Notes: generated by a model from the sequence alone, not told the origin. A DNA stretch of 64,000 bases from Lingula anatina (GCA_051362555.1 CM120640.1:64644788-64708787), one strand, 5' to 3'. Shown: positions 47,878 to 63,221, counted from the first letter of the stretch. Numbers and translations: made by a program.

Positions 47878-50799
47878 GCAATGCTTTTTCTACCCTGTAC
47901 TTAAAGCTGATTATCAGTAGAGATGAATCGGATCCTGGGATGTGATAAAACAGCTGCTATTAGGCGCATACCTGCTAAGGTGTTACCCAAACCAACTCGG
48001 TGTGTAATTTATTGAAGATTTCAACGCCTTAAAGTTTCATTATCAACGGTGTGCCAGCCACTTACCCATTTTAATGCCACTAATCTTGATACATGGAATT
48101 GACAGGATCAGTAGCATGTTCGAGGCAAATACCACTCGTGTGCCGTTTACATTGTATTCTGTTTCAATTACTACATACACTAAGTAAATTGAAACTTCTG
48201 ATTAACGCGCCGTGCTGGAGGCTCTCGGAAGAATTAAGATGGATGTGAAGGGGACCTTAGTTGGATAAATGTCGATTTGCTATGTTCACAAAAAGAGAGA
48301 AAAGAGGAAATGGAAAACACCAGCCGGCCACTATCTTTCCCAGAGTGTGTTTATATGTGTGTGTACCTGTATTGGGGAGAATAGAACCCGACCTTAATGG
48401 TTAAGGCGGCGATTACATAACTGGCCCACAGTGGAAGTATCTAAACTCCTTCGTAATGCTACCTAATTGTTTAGGTGGAGGCATTTGAGATGGCGTTGAA
48501 CCGGGTGGAAATCACTACGATTCCCGAGCCTCGTATCTGTCTACTATACAGTGGCTGGAGGGATAATGTAGGGACCCATCTGCTTGGATTTTCATTAGTT
48601 TCCGCAGCTGTAGCCCGCGGGGTTCGCTGTACTCCGTGGTCCCCGTGGTATTAACATGATCAGGCAGCCGTGTCAGTGTTTTACGATGCAACTACACTGG
48701 ACCTCGTCTCATTCATTTTTGTAACGCATCGCTTCCCTGTTGTCGTGGTGTCTTAAGATTCCCTGATGCCTTTGGGCGACTAGGGGTGTTTGTGTCACTC
48801 CAGTTCGTAATGCTTTAACACATGTCCAAGGTCTGCTTGAAAACGTTAAAAAGAATCTTTTCATTCAGCAGACACAGGGGTAGCCCGCCTGGAAATCTAA
48901 TCTAATGTCTACTTATTCACCTTTCCCCAAGCTACAAGAGCTGATCCGAACGAGAAATGCGCGTTGGGAGTTTTATTGACAACCTTTCTTGTGGAATAAT
49001 AACTTAATTTGTTCCTTGTCAAAAAGCAACAGACAAACGCTCCTGTGCTTTACTTGGTTGTTTGCAATTGAAGAAATTCCTCACAGCTCACTCATGTCCG
49101 ACAGTCAAGCTGACTGTTAACTGATCTGCCGGTGGAAAGCCTCGCATAGTTCAGTCGATTACTCCGTTGTTCAATATCGCTCCCCTCTCTCTCTTAGCAG
49201 CACTACACGGCCACGTCCCATGGTAATACGTCTTCATGTTAACTTTAATTTCTATGGTAATCAAAGGGAAAGGGGTCCTCAGGTATTGTATTGTATTGTA
49301 TGCTCAGCGTTCAGCGGACTTGGGCTTAATACACCTAGCTAGACCGCCCTGAAAATGTATTCAGTGGGGAAATTTTGCTACGGAAACGTGTGGTTTTCTT
49401 CACTGCCTTCAGGCTTTACACATAGATAGATGGACACCTGAAGGAATAAATAGACGGGCTTTATACCTTGATAATGACAGTAGGATCAGTTTTCGGTTTT
49501 CTTTATTGTACTGTCACTAGAAAATATCTATTTCACGCAGGCATTGCATACCAGTCTTTATTTGCTTTGTACGGGGTTAAAAACTGACTCAATTACGCTA
49601 TTTTATTACAACTGTTTGTATTTTATGTAGTTTTTTTTGCATTCAGAAATACAATTAAGGGCGGATAGAAATATCATATAAGTTAAATGGTGTAGCTTCC
49701 ATCGTAACAATAATTTTGTCTACGTTGCACATATCCGTCAACAAATCATAAAAACTCAGCCTCTCAAGGGTGCCAAAACATGCATTCGTTGTCATTACAA
49801 GCGTCCCCGATTCGAGAACGGTAAAAAAGGTTTAATCCGCTTCGATCATCGCGACAAGCCACCTTTGACTCGTCTTGGTGTACATTATGAATTTGATCCA
49901 TACTTGGGATGTTAATAAAGAGTGAACAGACGAGGTAGAGATGCTTCACTGCGCGTGCGTTTTAGCCGTTAAACACCTTGTCCCGGTATAGAAATCTATA
50001 ATCTCATGCAATAAACCGCATTGTGGACTGTATCAGTCCTCATCTTGGAATTAAATGGTTTTTTTTCAGCGGCCCAGAGGAACACTGTAATGGGGAGGGT
50101 GATCTTGATGTGTTTTTTTATTAAACCTTTTTTGCACGAGCTTTCATTGCCGACCTTGTAGAGTATGAACAGGGAAACAAGTTGAGTGACAGGAGTGATT
50201 TGGTGAGGAAAAGACGAAGATCGACATTTTAATTTTCTACTTCAGTAACCTAGTATTTTTAGTTAACCTGACTTGAGACTACTCTAACTTGGCTCTTACG
50301 GCTAGTTTGTAGCCTATATTTTGAGGAAAGGCATTGTATTTCTCTCTGTATATTCATCATATTGTACGTTGAGGAATTTTAGGTGCAACGTAGTTTCAGA
50401 AATCTTTATATAGATTAAGGAATTACAATACTGAGTAATTATGAATTACATGCTTGTGAAAGACCAGTTTCAGCATTCTTACTAGGGCAGTGCTGGACGA
50501 TCAATTTTTGTTTGCTCCCCATGCTGAACTAAAAGTTTACAGTTGCACCGTGCCTAGTTACATTGTACATGTATGGTTAGCACGGGAAATGAATAAACCA
50601 GCAGCCGTCTCTACATTGGAGGGGAAATGCATTGTCCATCTCTCCATGTCCGAGCGTCCACTCACATGAGAATACATCTGTTGATTGGTATCCCACAGTG
50701 GGCAATATTGGGTAGATTGTCAGCGGGAATTTTACATTGAAAACTGAGCGTTTGTTCTAATGTTTACTAGCATAAAAAAGTGCCCTGGTAATAGACCCC

Positions 50800-53251
50800 G
50801 TGATGGGTACTAGATCAGCATCATTCATCGGGTTCTGGGCGACTCTATGTTATGTTACAGACAATTTGCAGCGAGGTGGAAGAACAATTCGTAGGAAAAC
50901 ACCGGTCGTAATTTGCTTACTGACTCCAGTTTATTTTCTCTTGCAAAAGATAACATTCAAGCTCAAAAACTACAATCGGATCAATACAAACAACGGCGAG
51001 TAAGGAAAACCGAAATCCTTTTCAATATTTGAAAGAGTAAGCGATCGGGAAAATATTCCGCACGATGGTGTGCTGTAACAAAAATAAACGCCGATTTAAG
51101 ATGGAAATACATTTGGGGTTGAATTTACAACACAAACGTAACGATTTCAATACACTGACTCTAGGGTCGGGAGGACCGCTATTTCTAATGCAAAGCTATG
51201 ACAGACTTTGAAAATCTTTCCCTTTGATTTTAACCTCTGAATGTTGTGGGTGGCCACGAGGCCAAATTCTGTAGCCAAAACTTCAACCTGCGTCGACGGT
51301 GGCTCGGTAACATAATAACACGTTCTGTTGTGAGAAGTGCATTGTTCACAATCAACCAAGTAAATACAGCTATTAGGAACCTTGCTACTGAACAAAAAAG
51401 TGAACAAAGTTTAGCAAACAATGTATTTGGACAATTTACTGATAGACTAACTGGTTTTCAGTATTGTCGTATTGTAATATCATCATTATTAATGGTTGTA
51501 GTACTGAATGGTCCAACGAAAATCTTTCTTCGAGCTTTTGGTTTGTGAATATCAAATACTATTTTGGTAGAAATCTCAAGCTTTTGCATGTCCGAAAGAT
51601 ATCTCGATGGAAATGTAATTTTGTTAGACTCAGCAAACCACCAAGGCTCTGTGGAAAATGTAATTGACGGACAGGGAGGGAGACGCGAAACAAATTCTGA
51701 CAGTAACATTCTAGAAATGTTTGCCGCCCTGCTTATCAAAGAAGATAAAAAGCTCCTATGTCAATCGATATCTTACACAAATTACTATTTCAGCTACATT
51801 TGGAATTGATAGCCAGAAAAGTTACTTCGCGTCACACGTTGTAATTTTCATGTTGGTGAAGTTCACAATTTTACCAGCACTTTTAGATGTGCTTTAGTAT
51901 AAACAGTCAAAAATTAAACGTCCATATGAATACTCTTTAAAAGTAATGCTTACTGACCCTTCACACAAAAGGACCAAGATATGTCAAACAAAGTTTTATT
52001 AATGCTGAAAATTGAAAAAAGTTGGAGAATTACATTTCCACTTGTTAGGTCGAGCACCAGGCTATATTTCCAAACCAAGTGTTTCTTAATAACTTCTTCC
52101 ATGTCGAAGTTTTCACAGTCAAGTGCTAAAGAAATTAATTTCGAGGGTGATTTCTTCCATCGCCGTGTGACCTTTTCCAGCTCTGATTGGATACGTGTCC
52201 AGAATTATATATCTCTTGGAGAGGTCTTATCGCTTTCAAGGAACTTTTTGTCCTTCCTGGAATGTGGCTTGATCGCAGGTGTGGCGAGAACCACCCGCCC
52301 TTATCGGGGAATTGAGATAAGAGAAGTTCAACACGAGAATGTGCTTTATGCAGTTTGAATGCTTTCGGAATTGGACATCACTCTTTTTCCTCTCCAGTTA
52401 TACAGGGATCATGGGAATCAAGGAGCACCGAACCTTTATAAAGAGGCACCGTTTGATTTGATTTTGCTTCTTAAATAATGTTCTCCTTGTGAATTGTGAA
52501 TTGTTTAAGCTGCATAGAAATCCACACGTTTATCTTGTTAAGAGGCAAAAAAGACTAAACCCTAAAAATAATGTAACATTAAGAGGATAACACAAACTAC
52601 TTATGGCGGAGAGCTGGGTGGTATGGGTGCATACATTACGTTGAATGTCCTCTGATGTTGAATTTGGCAAAGACCAGAAGTCCAGAAGCAGCCCTAATAG
52701 ACCTATTAAGCTCATTAAATCATCCAGCCTAGGATGGCTCAGACCTTTGAGTTAACTCACGGGGCCTGGAAATTTTTTTCGGAGAAAAATAGAGTATGTC
52801 TCATTGTTTTGTAAAATCTGTAAATAAGCTTCAGCATAGAAGAAAATGCCAACATGTATAGAGCAGTCCAGAACAAATGCAGTCTTCTAAAAGGATTACT
52901 GAGTTTTTAACGCTTAAGCTGGTGAAAGCGCTGTATTTTTATCGGAGAATTAATGGGAAAAGAACGCAGTCTCTTAAATGCGATGTGTTATTAATAAGTC
53001 TGGCAATACCTAATGGTTTTGAACTTGTGAGGACGTAATATTGTGAGGACAGTGACATAGTGAAAAAAGAATTCCTATATAATTATGATTCACAGTTCCA
53101 TCTATGGTTTTCTCTAGTGTCTGACTGTATAAATTATTCGTTGGCCCGTGCACAGGGCACCGACTGGTGTGTGTTAGATAGAGCTTCCATGATGCGCGAG
53201 TCCGTCTGTTGGGAAGTCTCGTGGCACCCCGAGGGAACAATCGTGACTTAA
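50800..53251 (+). pseudogene. Putative highly degraded endogenous viral element derived from a bunyavirus-like L protein (RdRp)
   Basis: Several + strand ORF fragments share one frame (51246, 51564, 51981). Degenerate motifs occur in the expected order: F-like VGGHEAKFC (51246), A-like INGCSTEWSNENLSSSFWF (51488, shifted frame), B-like RCNFHVGEVHNFTSTF (51837), C-like KSNAY (AGT AAT GCT at 51942, two substitutions from SDD), D/E-like TKCF...MSKFSQ...NFEG (52074-52146), ELGGMG (about 52611). Catalytic residues are not intact and there are many stops. Confidence 0.5.
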
Positions 53252-56200
53252 GAATAAGTGACAGCGGATACCGTCACCGGCTAAAATTTATATCATTTCT
53301 TGAAGGAATTTCCTATTCAAGATTCAACGATATGCTGGAAATGGAAGAACGCACATTACTTTGTCTCACTAAAAATTAGGTATCTAATTAAGGTATTGGA
53401 TTCCGTTTATATTTCATTGTCTTGTATTTTAGAGGAGGACATCTCCCGAAAGGCATAGATTGTATATTTTTATTGGTTTTAATCTATTAAAGTTGTGTCT
53501 TATTGAACGAAGCTTAGAGGTTTTTTCAATATCCGGCCTTTTGACTTCATTCCCAACTCCTTAGAGTAACACGTCGGATTTAATTTCTCTGTTAAGAAAA
53601 GGCTTGTTTATTTTTTCTTCTTCAGAATTAATTTGACTTTAATGTGCTTGATTGCGATTCATTGAAGTGTATTGTGAACCTGCTGTAGATAAAGGGGTAT
53701 GTGTAGACGTCTATTCAGCTGAACTTATTCTTCAATGCATGAACGGTTATGCTGCGCTCAAATTTCGGACTTTTTCGACCCTATTAACTTTTCTTTTCTG
53801 ACAAATAGAGTCAAATCAAGGGGTATTATCTTAAAAATGCAGCCGAAAACTCGACGACGGTTTGAAGTGGAGCTTCAGGGCACTGGGGCAGTGTAGTGTA
53901 AAATTCAATGTGGCATCTGGTAATTTTGGCAATACGAAACGCCGTATATTTTTTTCGTGGGCGAACCGAAAAACAAAATCTGTTTAGTCAGTTAGAGCTT
54001 TTCAAATTCCTTTGTGATGAGAAATTATTCCTAATGATTTGATAGTTTATTATTGTTAACAGGGTTGATTTTGTGTGCACATGTCCAGGCGAAAATAATA
54101 TGGTTGAATTTGATATTTTACATTTCATTTTCGCGAGATATTCAAAAACTCTTAAGCAGCAATGTTTCTTAAGGGGTATTTTCACTTGAACTTGAGCATT
54201 AATTGACCATACTGACTCCGTTTTTTTTTCGTCGGATGTGACCATGACTTAATAGAGATGACCTTCCGTCCGGTTTTATAACTTGATCAAATCGTATTCC
54301 TTTATCAAGGATGCCGAGTTTATGCGTTTCACATTCGCTCCCAGCACCAAGGCCGAGAAAACCCTCAGTAGGACAATGCCACCTACTATTTTTCTCAACT
54401 AGCGTGACCAGTGTCCGCCGCCATACGCGGAAGTGTCACCTGAACAACAGGTAGTCGGTCCTCTCTAATTACAAATTATCTTTGACATCAACGGACGAAA
54501 TCACCTTCTATTTCCTACTTTCATCAAAGAGAGGTTGCTGTTCCCGTCTTTGACGGAAGAGGCAAATAATGGACGTAGATTTAGTTGTAATTTGATCAAA
54601 TAAGGCGACAGTGTTTGATGTGGTAATGAAAGCTTTCTAGCTTTCTAGTAAAATTATCTGTATTGATGCATTATACCTGAACTGGGGGATATTCAAGGCA
54701 AAAATCCTCGCTTTAATTTTCCCATATTTGTAAATTGTTAAATTTTGGTTTTCTTAAAAAATCATCTTTTGTGCGTTTCACTTCGAAGATGTATTCTTAA
54801 GATTCAAAGAAAAACTAATAGGAAGAAAAAACATTTAGTTTTATTAAAATAAACGGCATACATACCAGAATGCTATAAAACCACAAAGTAAAAGGAAAAT
54901 GAAAAAAAATTAGTTACCCAATGGATATATCTGTATCCCTACATAGCAGCCGGTATATGAAACAAAAGATCAGCAGGTGATAATTAACAAAGTAAGATCT
55001 CTTTCCGAATGAATATTATCACTCAGTGGGGTACGGTAACCCTACAAGCAGCCAGTACGTACTACGCCTGACGTAATCCACTGTTCGATAGGGGTTATAT
55101 CATTGGTAGAAAAAAATAACGGTAATGACAAGAGGATCTTCGATCACCAGTGGACTGTTTCTAAATTGAGATACATATTTGAGAATTCGGTGAGTGAAAG
55201 CATCGTGGAGCACTTTGAGCCCTTTGATGATGAAAAAATGTTAATGGTGATAGATCAACATTTTCCAGATTTTTTTCACGATTGATAGGTGGGCTTGGTG
55301 GATGGAGGTATTTTCAAGAGTGGTGCTTCTTGGTCAGTCACTTGACAAAAATAGTAATTCATATATTTCAGGCACAAACAAATAGAAATATTTTGGAGAT
55401 GTCGATTCGGACACAAACACACCTTCACCATTTTCACTAATGCACTCATTAACGACCGTCCAATGCTTTGATTATCATTGATTAAGAACCCATTATATCA
55501 TTGCTTGGGGTAACAATCGAATTATGTAATATAAAATTCCAGCCTGGGCACTGAATAAGTTTCTACAAGTTAGTCATCGCCGCAATCAACCAGCCCCTGT
55601 GATTCCGTGCCCAAGTCTAATTACATTGTTATATAATGCATTTGTAACGACCAGTTAAAGTTCTGTCTCTGGTGTATTTGGAATAATGAACCTCCGATTG
55701 GCCGTGCCGTTTTGTGGGAGAATACAAATACTTATACGGCATTCAACGAACATTCAGACAGTAATCACAGTATTGACTTTCCAATGTCCAACAGAATAAT
55801 GAACGAGATGTGATTTTTCAGCCTTCTGATCATAATTTCTACCACCGCGCATTGTTAATGAACATACATTGAAATGATACTTTTCAAAACACACACCATA
55901 CAATAGAGGCGAATCCAAATTTATAAATCAACTAGTTAATCACAACCGGCAATATTTGTTTATTAACGTCTTATACGGAGAAGTGGTTTTATGAATTATA
56001 ATTATCTTATGTCGAGCAGAAGTATTATAAATTACAGTTTCTTTTCTAAACCGTCATGTATATGGTACAATAGGGTACATGGCGTCCGAATATTCATCTT
56101 AAACTGAAGCCAAAAACGGCGATTTAAGTTGACAGAGAAGGGCAGCATCAGGGATTGGACTGATCACTTTTGTAAACAGAAAAGCACGAACGACTCCCTG

Positions 56201-59200
56201 TAGTAAGTGATACAAGCAGTATTCTCAAAAAGCGCTCAGTTTGCGACATTTTTCGTTTCGGTGATATCAAGTTCGGTAAATGATCGACAGCACTCCTTTA
56301 CCTGCCGCCCACAATGCGTGTTGAATATCAGACATCCGAGAGAAGCTTCAGTGATGCCTCGCATGATAACGGCGAAGAGATAAAGAATATAGACACTGCA
56401 GAAGTCATTTGTTTGGCGGAAAAAAAGCAGAACGCTTTGTCTTGGAGAGTGAAACTGTAGCCTGCCTCTCACGGTCAGGTAGCATGTATCAATTATTGAC
56501 TTGAGAATGAAGTCAATGCTGCAAGTCCACCTGAGTCATCGCAGGGCCGTCTCTGAGGGGAAAAACCAATATAGAGATACTTATTAATAATATGATCTGT
56601 AAACTTGGATTGACTGATGGAAACCATTGCTATCTTTATTGAAGGTTGATGTCCTAGAATTATTTATATCACAATGACGGTGTCTTTTTCGTTAGTGTTT
56701 TTTTTTTATTATAAAGGATATGTCGAAATTTTCTTAAAATAAAATGTTTATAAATTTAACATCAATCGTGTGAGAATACCGGTGAATATGTCATGAGAAA
56801 TTAACCAACCCGCATTCACTGAACCATGTTGTACGGATACAACGCTGTACAGAACATACTGCCCACTACAGTAACAAATCAGGAAACTAACCCTCGTTAG
56901 CATGGGAGAGAATGATAGGAAGGTCTCAATTATAGATAAAGCTAGCGGAATTGAGCTCTTTTCTTGTCGTCAATTCGACCCGATATTGCGTGAGATATTG
57001 GGTACCGTTACGTCATACTGTCGACAGGTGGTCAGATGGACGCTTCCGTATCAACGAACGTTTTTAAACGTTAAAAAATAAAAATGTGTATCTTCTGGTA
57101 ATGTTCTTTTATTTTGTCTAATTTCATGAAGAGATCACGTATTTGTTTGAATGATCGCGTTTAGGCATTTTGTAAAATTGTTTAAGAATGTACAATTTTA
57201 CATGTCGGCAGGACCCACTAAGAAGACCCTAGATGTATGCCACAGAAACTGTACATAAGCTGCCTCCCCATATAAGATGTACAGTTAAAGCATCATATAC
57301 ATAACCCCTTTATATATGTATGTGGTATATCTAACGATAAAATGTCTTGAAATATGCAGTTGCTGAGTCTATATTTAGACATGCAATTGTGACATTCAGT
57401 CGCTGACTCTACATATACGTTGCAGTTTGATTTCACTAATGGCCTTCTTGTGCGGTATCTTCACCTTTTCTTTTCTAGGAAATGAACGGTTCTTCGGTGA
57501 TTATTGAGACCATATTCAGCTGGAAGATATTTACCCATATTAAAACAATTCAGCAGGATTAAAACCGTGTGGTATATACAGCCTTTTATGACAGATGTCT
57601 AGGAACATAGCGGTTCAATGTCGAACCCCGAAAACTAATTAGACTAATTGGGGAAAATAATGGTTAACGACACACTGGTAGTGTCATTTCACGAAGCGAA
57701 CGCGTCAAAAATAATGGCGCCCTACCCGCCCCCTTTTCTAACTGTGGTTCTTTAACATGTATTCAAGGTGAAAGGTACACAATGCAAGGTGTGTTTCTCA
57801 GATCCGCTTAACCGTAGGGGAGGCTTGGTGGTGGGCGAGAAGTGCGACAGTTTTATTCAGCTCTGCCAATTAAGATTGCTCATAAAGGTGGGCCAATAGA
57901 CCCGCCCCGCAGGTACCTTTTAATAACAACATAGATATAATAGTAACCACTGCGTTTGTAGCATGTAATAGTACAATTTTGTGTTGACCGATTCCGTTTT
58001 GTCTAACGGCAGGATTTCACTTTGAAATCCCATAATACTCTAATGTCCAGATGTCAACGTAACACTATTAGTAATGTCCCCGATTAAGACCATGTTAATG
58101 AGACGAAGGGAAAGTCAATGAATATTGAATCACAGGCTTAGTGACCAAAGTTGTGACAAATATCGACTAGGTAGATCACACATCTGTCGCTAGTTCAAGG
58201 GTCAACATTTTAACGTATATGTTTACAACTAGGCGCTTCTTGGCTCACACAATACATATAGGCATTATGCAGACTATATTCACATATCTTACGCAATGCA
58301 AACATATGGGTTGTCAAAATGAAGTATACATTATTGAATAATTTATTAATACTGCTTACACAGTAGGATAATGACCTAAACATGTTCCGAAACTCTTATT
58401 CTATGTAGTATTGTTTTTGTTTATTATTATTTTTTGTTCTATAATTTCCAAACAGACTTGATACGAAAACAATACCAGGGATGCAAAAAATAAATAAATA
58501 AATAAATTAAATAAAAAAAATAAATTAAATAAATAAGAAAGAGAGAGAGAGAGAGAGAGAAAGAAAAAAAATCCGATACTACTGTTTGCATATCTCACGA
58601 TGTCAGAATGTATCTAGTTTGTCTTGCAATATATCAAACTGAATGAGTAACACAGTGTTACACTTACAGGAATGCTTTGTGTTTTGACTCTAGCGTCAGC
58701 GTGGCAGGTGCATTGCTTGAGAATTAGGAACCACACTGAGAATGAATTAAAAAAGTGGCATGATACACTGTAAAACAAATGGGATAATGGCGACAGGGGG
58801 TTAGAATATGAGGGAACCATATTTGTTTCAAAAGGCCCTTTGCAGAATAGTAGCACAAAGAGGTTAAAAACTTTTTCGATTTTAGACGTGCATCAGCAAG
58901 GGGGAGAAAGTGAAAATTATTGATTGTTAGTAAAACAGTTCAAAGAAAGATAAGAAATAATTTGTCTCCATGTTGACTTTTCAAATGATGTCATCTTATA
59001 ACAGAAAACCTCGTGACATCCCGTCGAAGTCATTATCACGCTACAATTAAGGCATTGATTTTGCACTGTTGCCAGTTAATTTTAAAGTCGACTTGTTCCT
59101 GTGTGTGATTGCATTTATACAGCTAGCGTTTTCTCACCCCATACAAGACGCCCACTCGCTTATATGTATAGAAGCAGGTGGAAACAAAATTGCTTCCTAC

Positions 59201-62200
59201 AAATGAATTACCCCCTTATATCCAACCTTTCATGTCTTGTTATCACATTTGAACAATCTTACTACATCTGCTCATAGTTCAAACTGCCATTCTGTTATTC
59301 TGTTGCCTTCCTATACAAACAAATCAGTTCAGGGCGTGAAATGGTGGTATTATCAAAATATTTTTGATTGGAACTTTTCTATTTGGCACGCGTACAGTTG
59401 AATGACAGTCCCAGGTCTATTCTTCCTGTCCACAGTCCTTGGCAGCTGAACGATTAAGATAAGACCTGAAAGAGGCAGATGGAATTTGTGCATTTGCAAC
59501 GCTTCAATGTGGCATAATTTTTCTCTATAGCATGCCCGTAAAGAGGTGCAGAAACAGTAGCAAACACGTTTTGTATTACAGGCATTTAATGGAAACGATC
59601 GATACAATCAATCGTTTGGATGAATGCACCACCGGTGTTGACAGAAGTGCATTAAGTCTGTTTCGTATTGTTACATCAAGGTTCATCGGGTTCGATCGGC
59701 AAATGATAATGTAGAACACTGCGCGTTGCACACGGAGAAGGGGAAACCATCTACATCATGTTTTACAACCACAGACCTAGTAACTATTAACTTCTCATGA
59801 ACACGTTATTGATCCTGGTTTTAAAAGCCTATGGTATGAGATAGCTTTCCAGGTACAATAACCCAGACATCGTTAGCTCCATTGAATTTGTGACACTTCA
59901 CTTGGTAATCTTGCAGTAAAATAATCTGTTGCTTATTCAATTAAATCTCCATCAGTGAAGGAATGATAGATGATGTATTCAGGTTTCTGCCTTTATTCTA
60001 ACTGTCTGGCTTATATACATATCTTGGACATTTGCTTGTTGATATGATGTTCGTTTTTGTACCGAACAGCCAACAGGCCCACCACAGGCAGAAATCAGAT
60101 TGTTACTCAAAAGTGATTCCTTTGAATTGATTTCAAGTATTAGTTACATGAAATGAGGGGCATTAAATCAGGAGAAGCTTCAAGCAATAGTAGATGTACA
60201 AGTGCACGTGTAGGACGTGATCTGCTGCAAATTGATTTCTCCTATGTGCCTTATACGTTATCTGAAACAAAGTGAATCAAAACTATTCTTACAAGGTCAT
60301 TGGTTCCGTGTTATTAACGCTTACTATTCTTTAATAAATCTCTTGCCTTATGGGGATACAAAATAATCCCAATGTACTCTGAAAGTATGGATTTATCTCA
60401 CACAGCTTTTCATGTATTGCTCTATTGCTGAAGGTTCAGCTGTAGTAAAATGGCGCCATGTTTTCAATATGGCTGATCGCTGTAAGGTTGACACTGCGTG
60501 GACAGGGTTGATGCGAACCTACGTGCAGTTACCCTATATAATGATGATGTTCTTCTTTCACTTGTGCTTACATTTACGCATATTATAAAGGTGCAGTGCC
60601 ACAGGTGCGCGGAATCAGTCTAATTGACAGTAGATTATTCAGGTAGTATAACAATGACAATTTAATGTAGTTTTGATCCTGTCTGATGGCTCTTAATGTC
60701 TCAAGTTTAACACGACAGTGATGGATTGGATAATGCTAGTACCTTATCAAATTGCTGCGTATTGTTATTAACAGTACGTTTGATCGTTCAAAACTTTACT
60801 CCTGTGCCCCCATGCTGGTCTATTAGGCCTACATTTTATGGTTAATAGTTCTGTGGTGGTGGCTGATTTCCCAGACCCCAAATTTAACTTTCACGTTGAT
60901 CGTATTCGGAGTATTTTGGACGAGGGGACATTGTATCACTTTGAGTGACTGAACACACCGTTGTGGTCACCCGAGCGCCGCTGTCAAACAGGTTGACATA
61001 AAAACTGGACCACACAAGGATCAAAGTGACCGACCGGCTTCTCCACTCCCCACTGTCATTATCTTACCGCCACTGATTGTGTATATAACTCTTAGTATAA
61101 AATGCGCTGAGACACGCTTGAAATATTTGCTTTTTTTTCCGATTACATTATCTGTCATTGTGTTTTATGGCATCGCGTGACTGTCTGAGCACACACACAA
61201 TCTTGTAATATTTCACAAAATGATAATCTGTCATCGTTTCTGGGAGATGTCGATTTTCTAAGGAAACGCGATGCATTGAGGTATAATTACTTTTTATTCC
61301 GTAAACAAAGTAAATGTTCTTTTCATACACACTGTCTGCTTATCAATTGCTTGAGAATGTATTTTTTACGGAGATGTATGACCCATGCATGCGGACTGTT
61401 TTCTCGTAAATACAAATCTTTTGTTTCTTCACGTTTCATCTTTTCCTTTAAGGCCATAATAAAGTATCAGCTGATAGCATGAAAAGTATAACATCGTCCA
61501 TAAACACCCCATACACTAACCTAGTGCTTACAAGCGTGTCGTATCGGCCCAGTCCCTCTCCCTTTTTACATTTGGAAAAATCCCTAAATGGAATTTCTGT
61601 GATCCATACCACAGGCTGACTAGAGCACTTGGGAGGCATGATTGATACCGAAAATCAATTATCACAACTGGCTTTGCGACCCAACTAAATCAAATTAATA
61701 ACCCTATGTTTTTGGCTTCTGCCAAAGAAACGCCAAGAAAAGTGCTTTCTTAAGCGGCTAAAATACCCGTTGGGCAGACAAATAAAGCAATTTATTATAC
61801 CTTGGCAGTAAATTGTTTTCTTCGGTGGCATGCCGGTTACTTAGCTTGACGTGATGTTATAGTCAAGTGAAATTTACTCAACCTTTCCATAAACACTTTA
61901 TGTGCATTTAGAGACAACAGACTAGTTACCGGAAGCTGTTTATTGGAACAAAAAGGAAAATTTTGTAACCATGATAAAAAAGGGCAGTTAACGAATTTTC
62001 TTTTTCCCTTTCTTCTTTCTCTCTCTCTCACTCTCTCTCTCTCTCTTTTAATTTTTTTGAGTTAGCGTGTGTATGCGTCACGAAATAGTCAAGATTTACA
62101 CCTCACAGCCCATTTCTTAAAATAAAATAAATATCAAATATGTTACAAGGTTGCAAAATGAATCGGTATAGGCGTTCTCGGTAAAATATTGTCGTTCCTT

Positions 62201-63221
62201 CTCTCTTTGAGCATATATTGATCTTCAACTTCCGAGTTAAGATTTACCCACAGTCTATGTGTAGTGCATTATGTGACAATCAATGGTCATCATTGTCCTT
62301 GGCGCGAATGACCACTTAATCCAGAAAGGCCACGTGTCTATCACTGTTCTTTAATAATCTATTCGTGGATTGCCCAAAGATATGTTGTTAATGTCTGGTA
62401 TCATCACACGGTGGACATCGGTGGCCTATTGATGCACGTACCAGTGTTTCTTTGACTCGACCCTGTGCTGATTATCGAATAATTAATGCACCCTTGGTTC
62501 CTCATGAACTTGATGGGAATATGGTTTGTTGGATTAATAAGTGGTTGTACATTAAAAATGAAACAGTTAGGAAAATGAGCTTTTAGAAGGAGAAGATGGC
62601 CATTTTAATAATGAATGGGTACATTGAGAGATGGTATATTTCTAAAAATCATTTTTAAATTATACATCAAATGGATTAGGAAATTGAACTCTCGAAAGCG
62701 TGTTTGGTCGTATGAACAATACTACCACTGCGTGAATTTTTCAGTTATGAAAATTCTCATGACAAAAGGGATTGCCCTGACTGACGAAGTTATACTGCTT
62801 TCTTTTTAGTAAAATGGTTTTCCAAGGATTTTTTTTTTAAATAGATAAAGAATGTTTGTAATAAAGTCAGTGATGGTTGTCATCATGGCCATATTGTATT
62901 AGATGATTATTTCGCTTTCTCGCAGAGTTGACAATATTAAAATCCAATAACTGTCTAGATTTATTTTCTTAAATAACATTGCTGAGTAACCCGGTGCAGA
63001 ATTACGGACATAGGTAAGGTTTCTCGGTTAGATGGATTCTTTACAGAACAAAATGGATTTGATGACAGCTTTGTAGTTGAAATGAGAAGGAAAATGGCCA
63101 AAATTACATAATCGAAAATTCTCAGAATTAAGCGCAAGTGTAAGGTTACTGTATTTAATTGTCCAGCATATGAAGTTCGTGCAGTGTTCGTTGTGAATCA
63201 GGGAAATTGGCTTCCATTAGA

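Noticed and set aside
51147-52990. Minus-strand reading of the decayed region as a DIRS/LINE or transposase remnant, and + strand reading as a mononegavirus L
   Set aside because: No RT (YxDD), integrase or DDE motifs found; the NHQGSVE resemblance to mononegaviral motif B lacks a correctly spaced GDN. The bunyavirus-like motif series fits order and spacing better.
55024-55470. 60-bp CAGTGG...CCACTG mini-element and an adjacent ORF-like stretch
   Set aside because: No TSD, and no recognisable protein motif on either strand; too weak to call.
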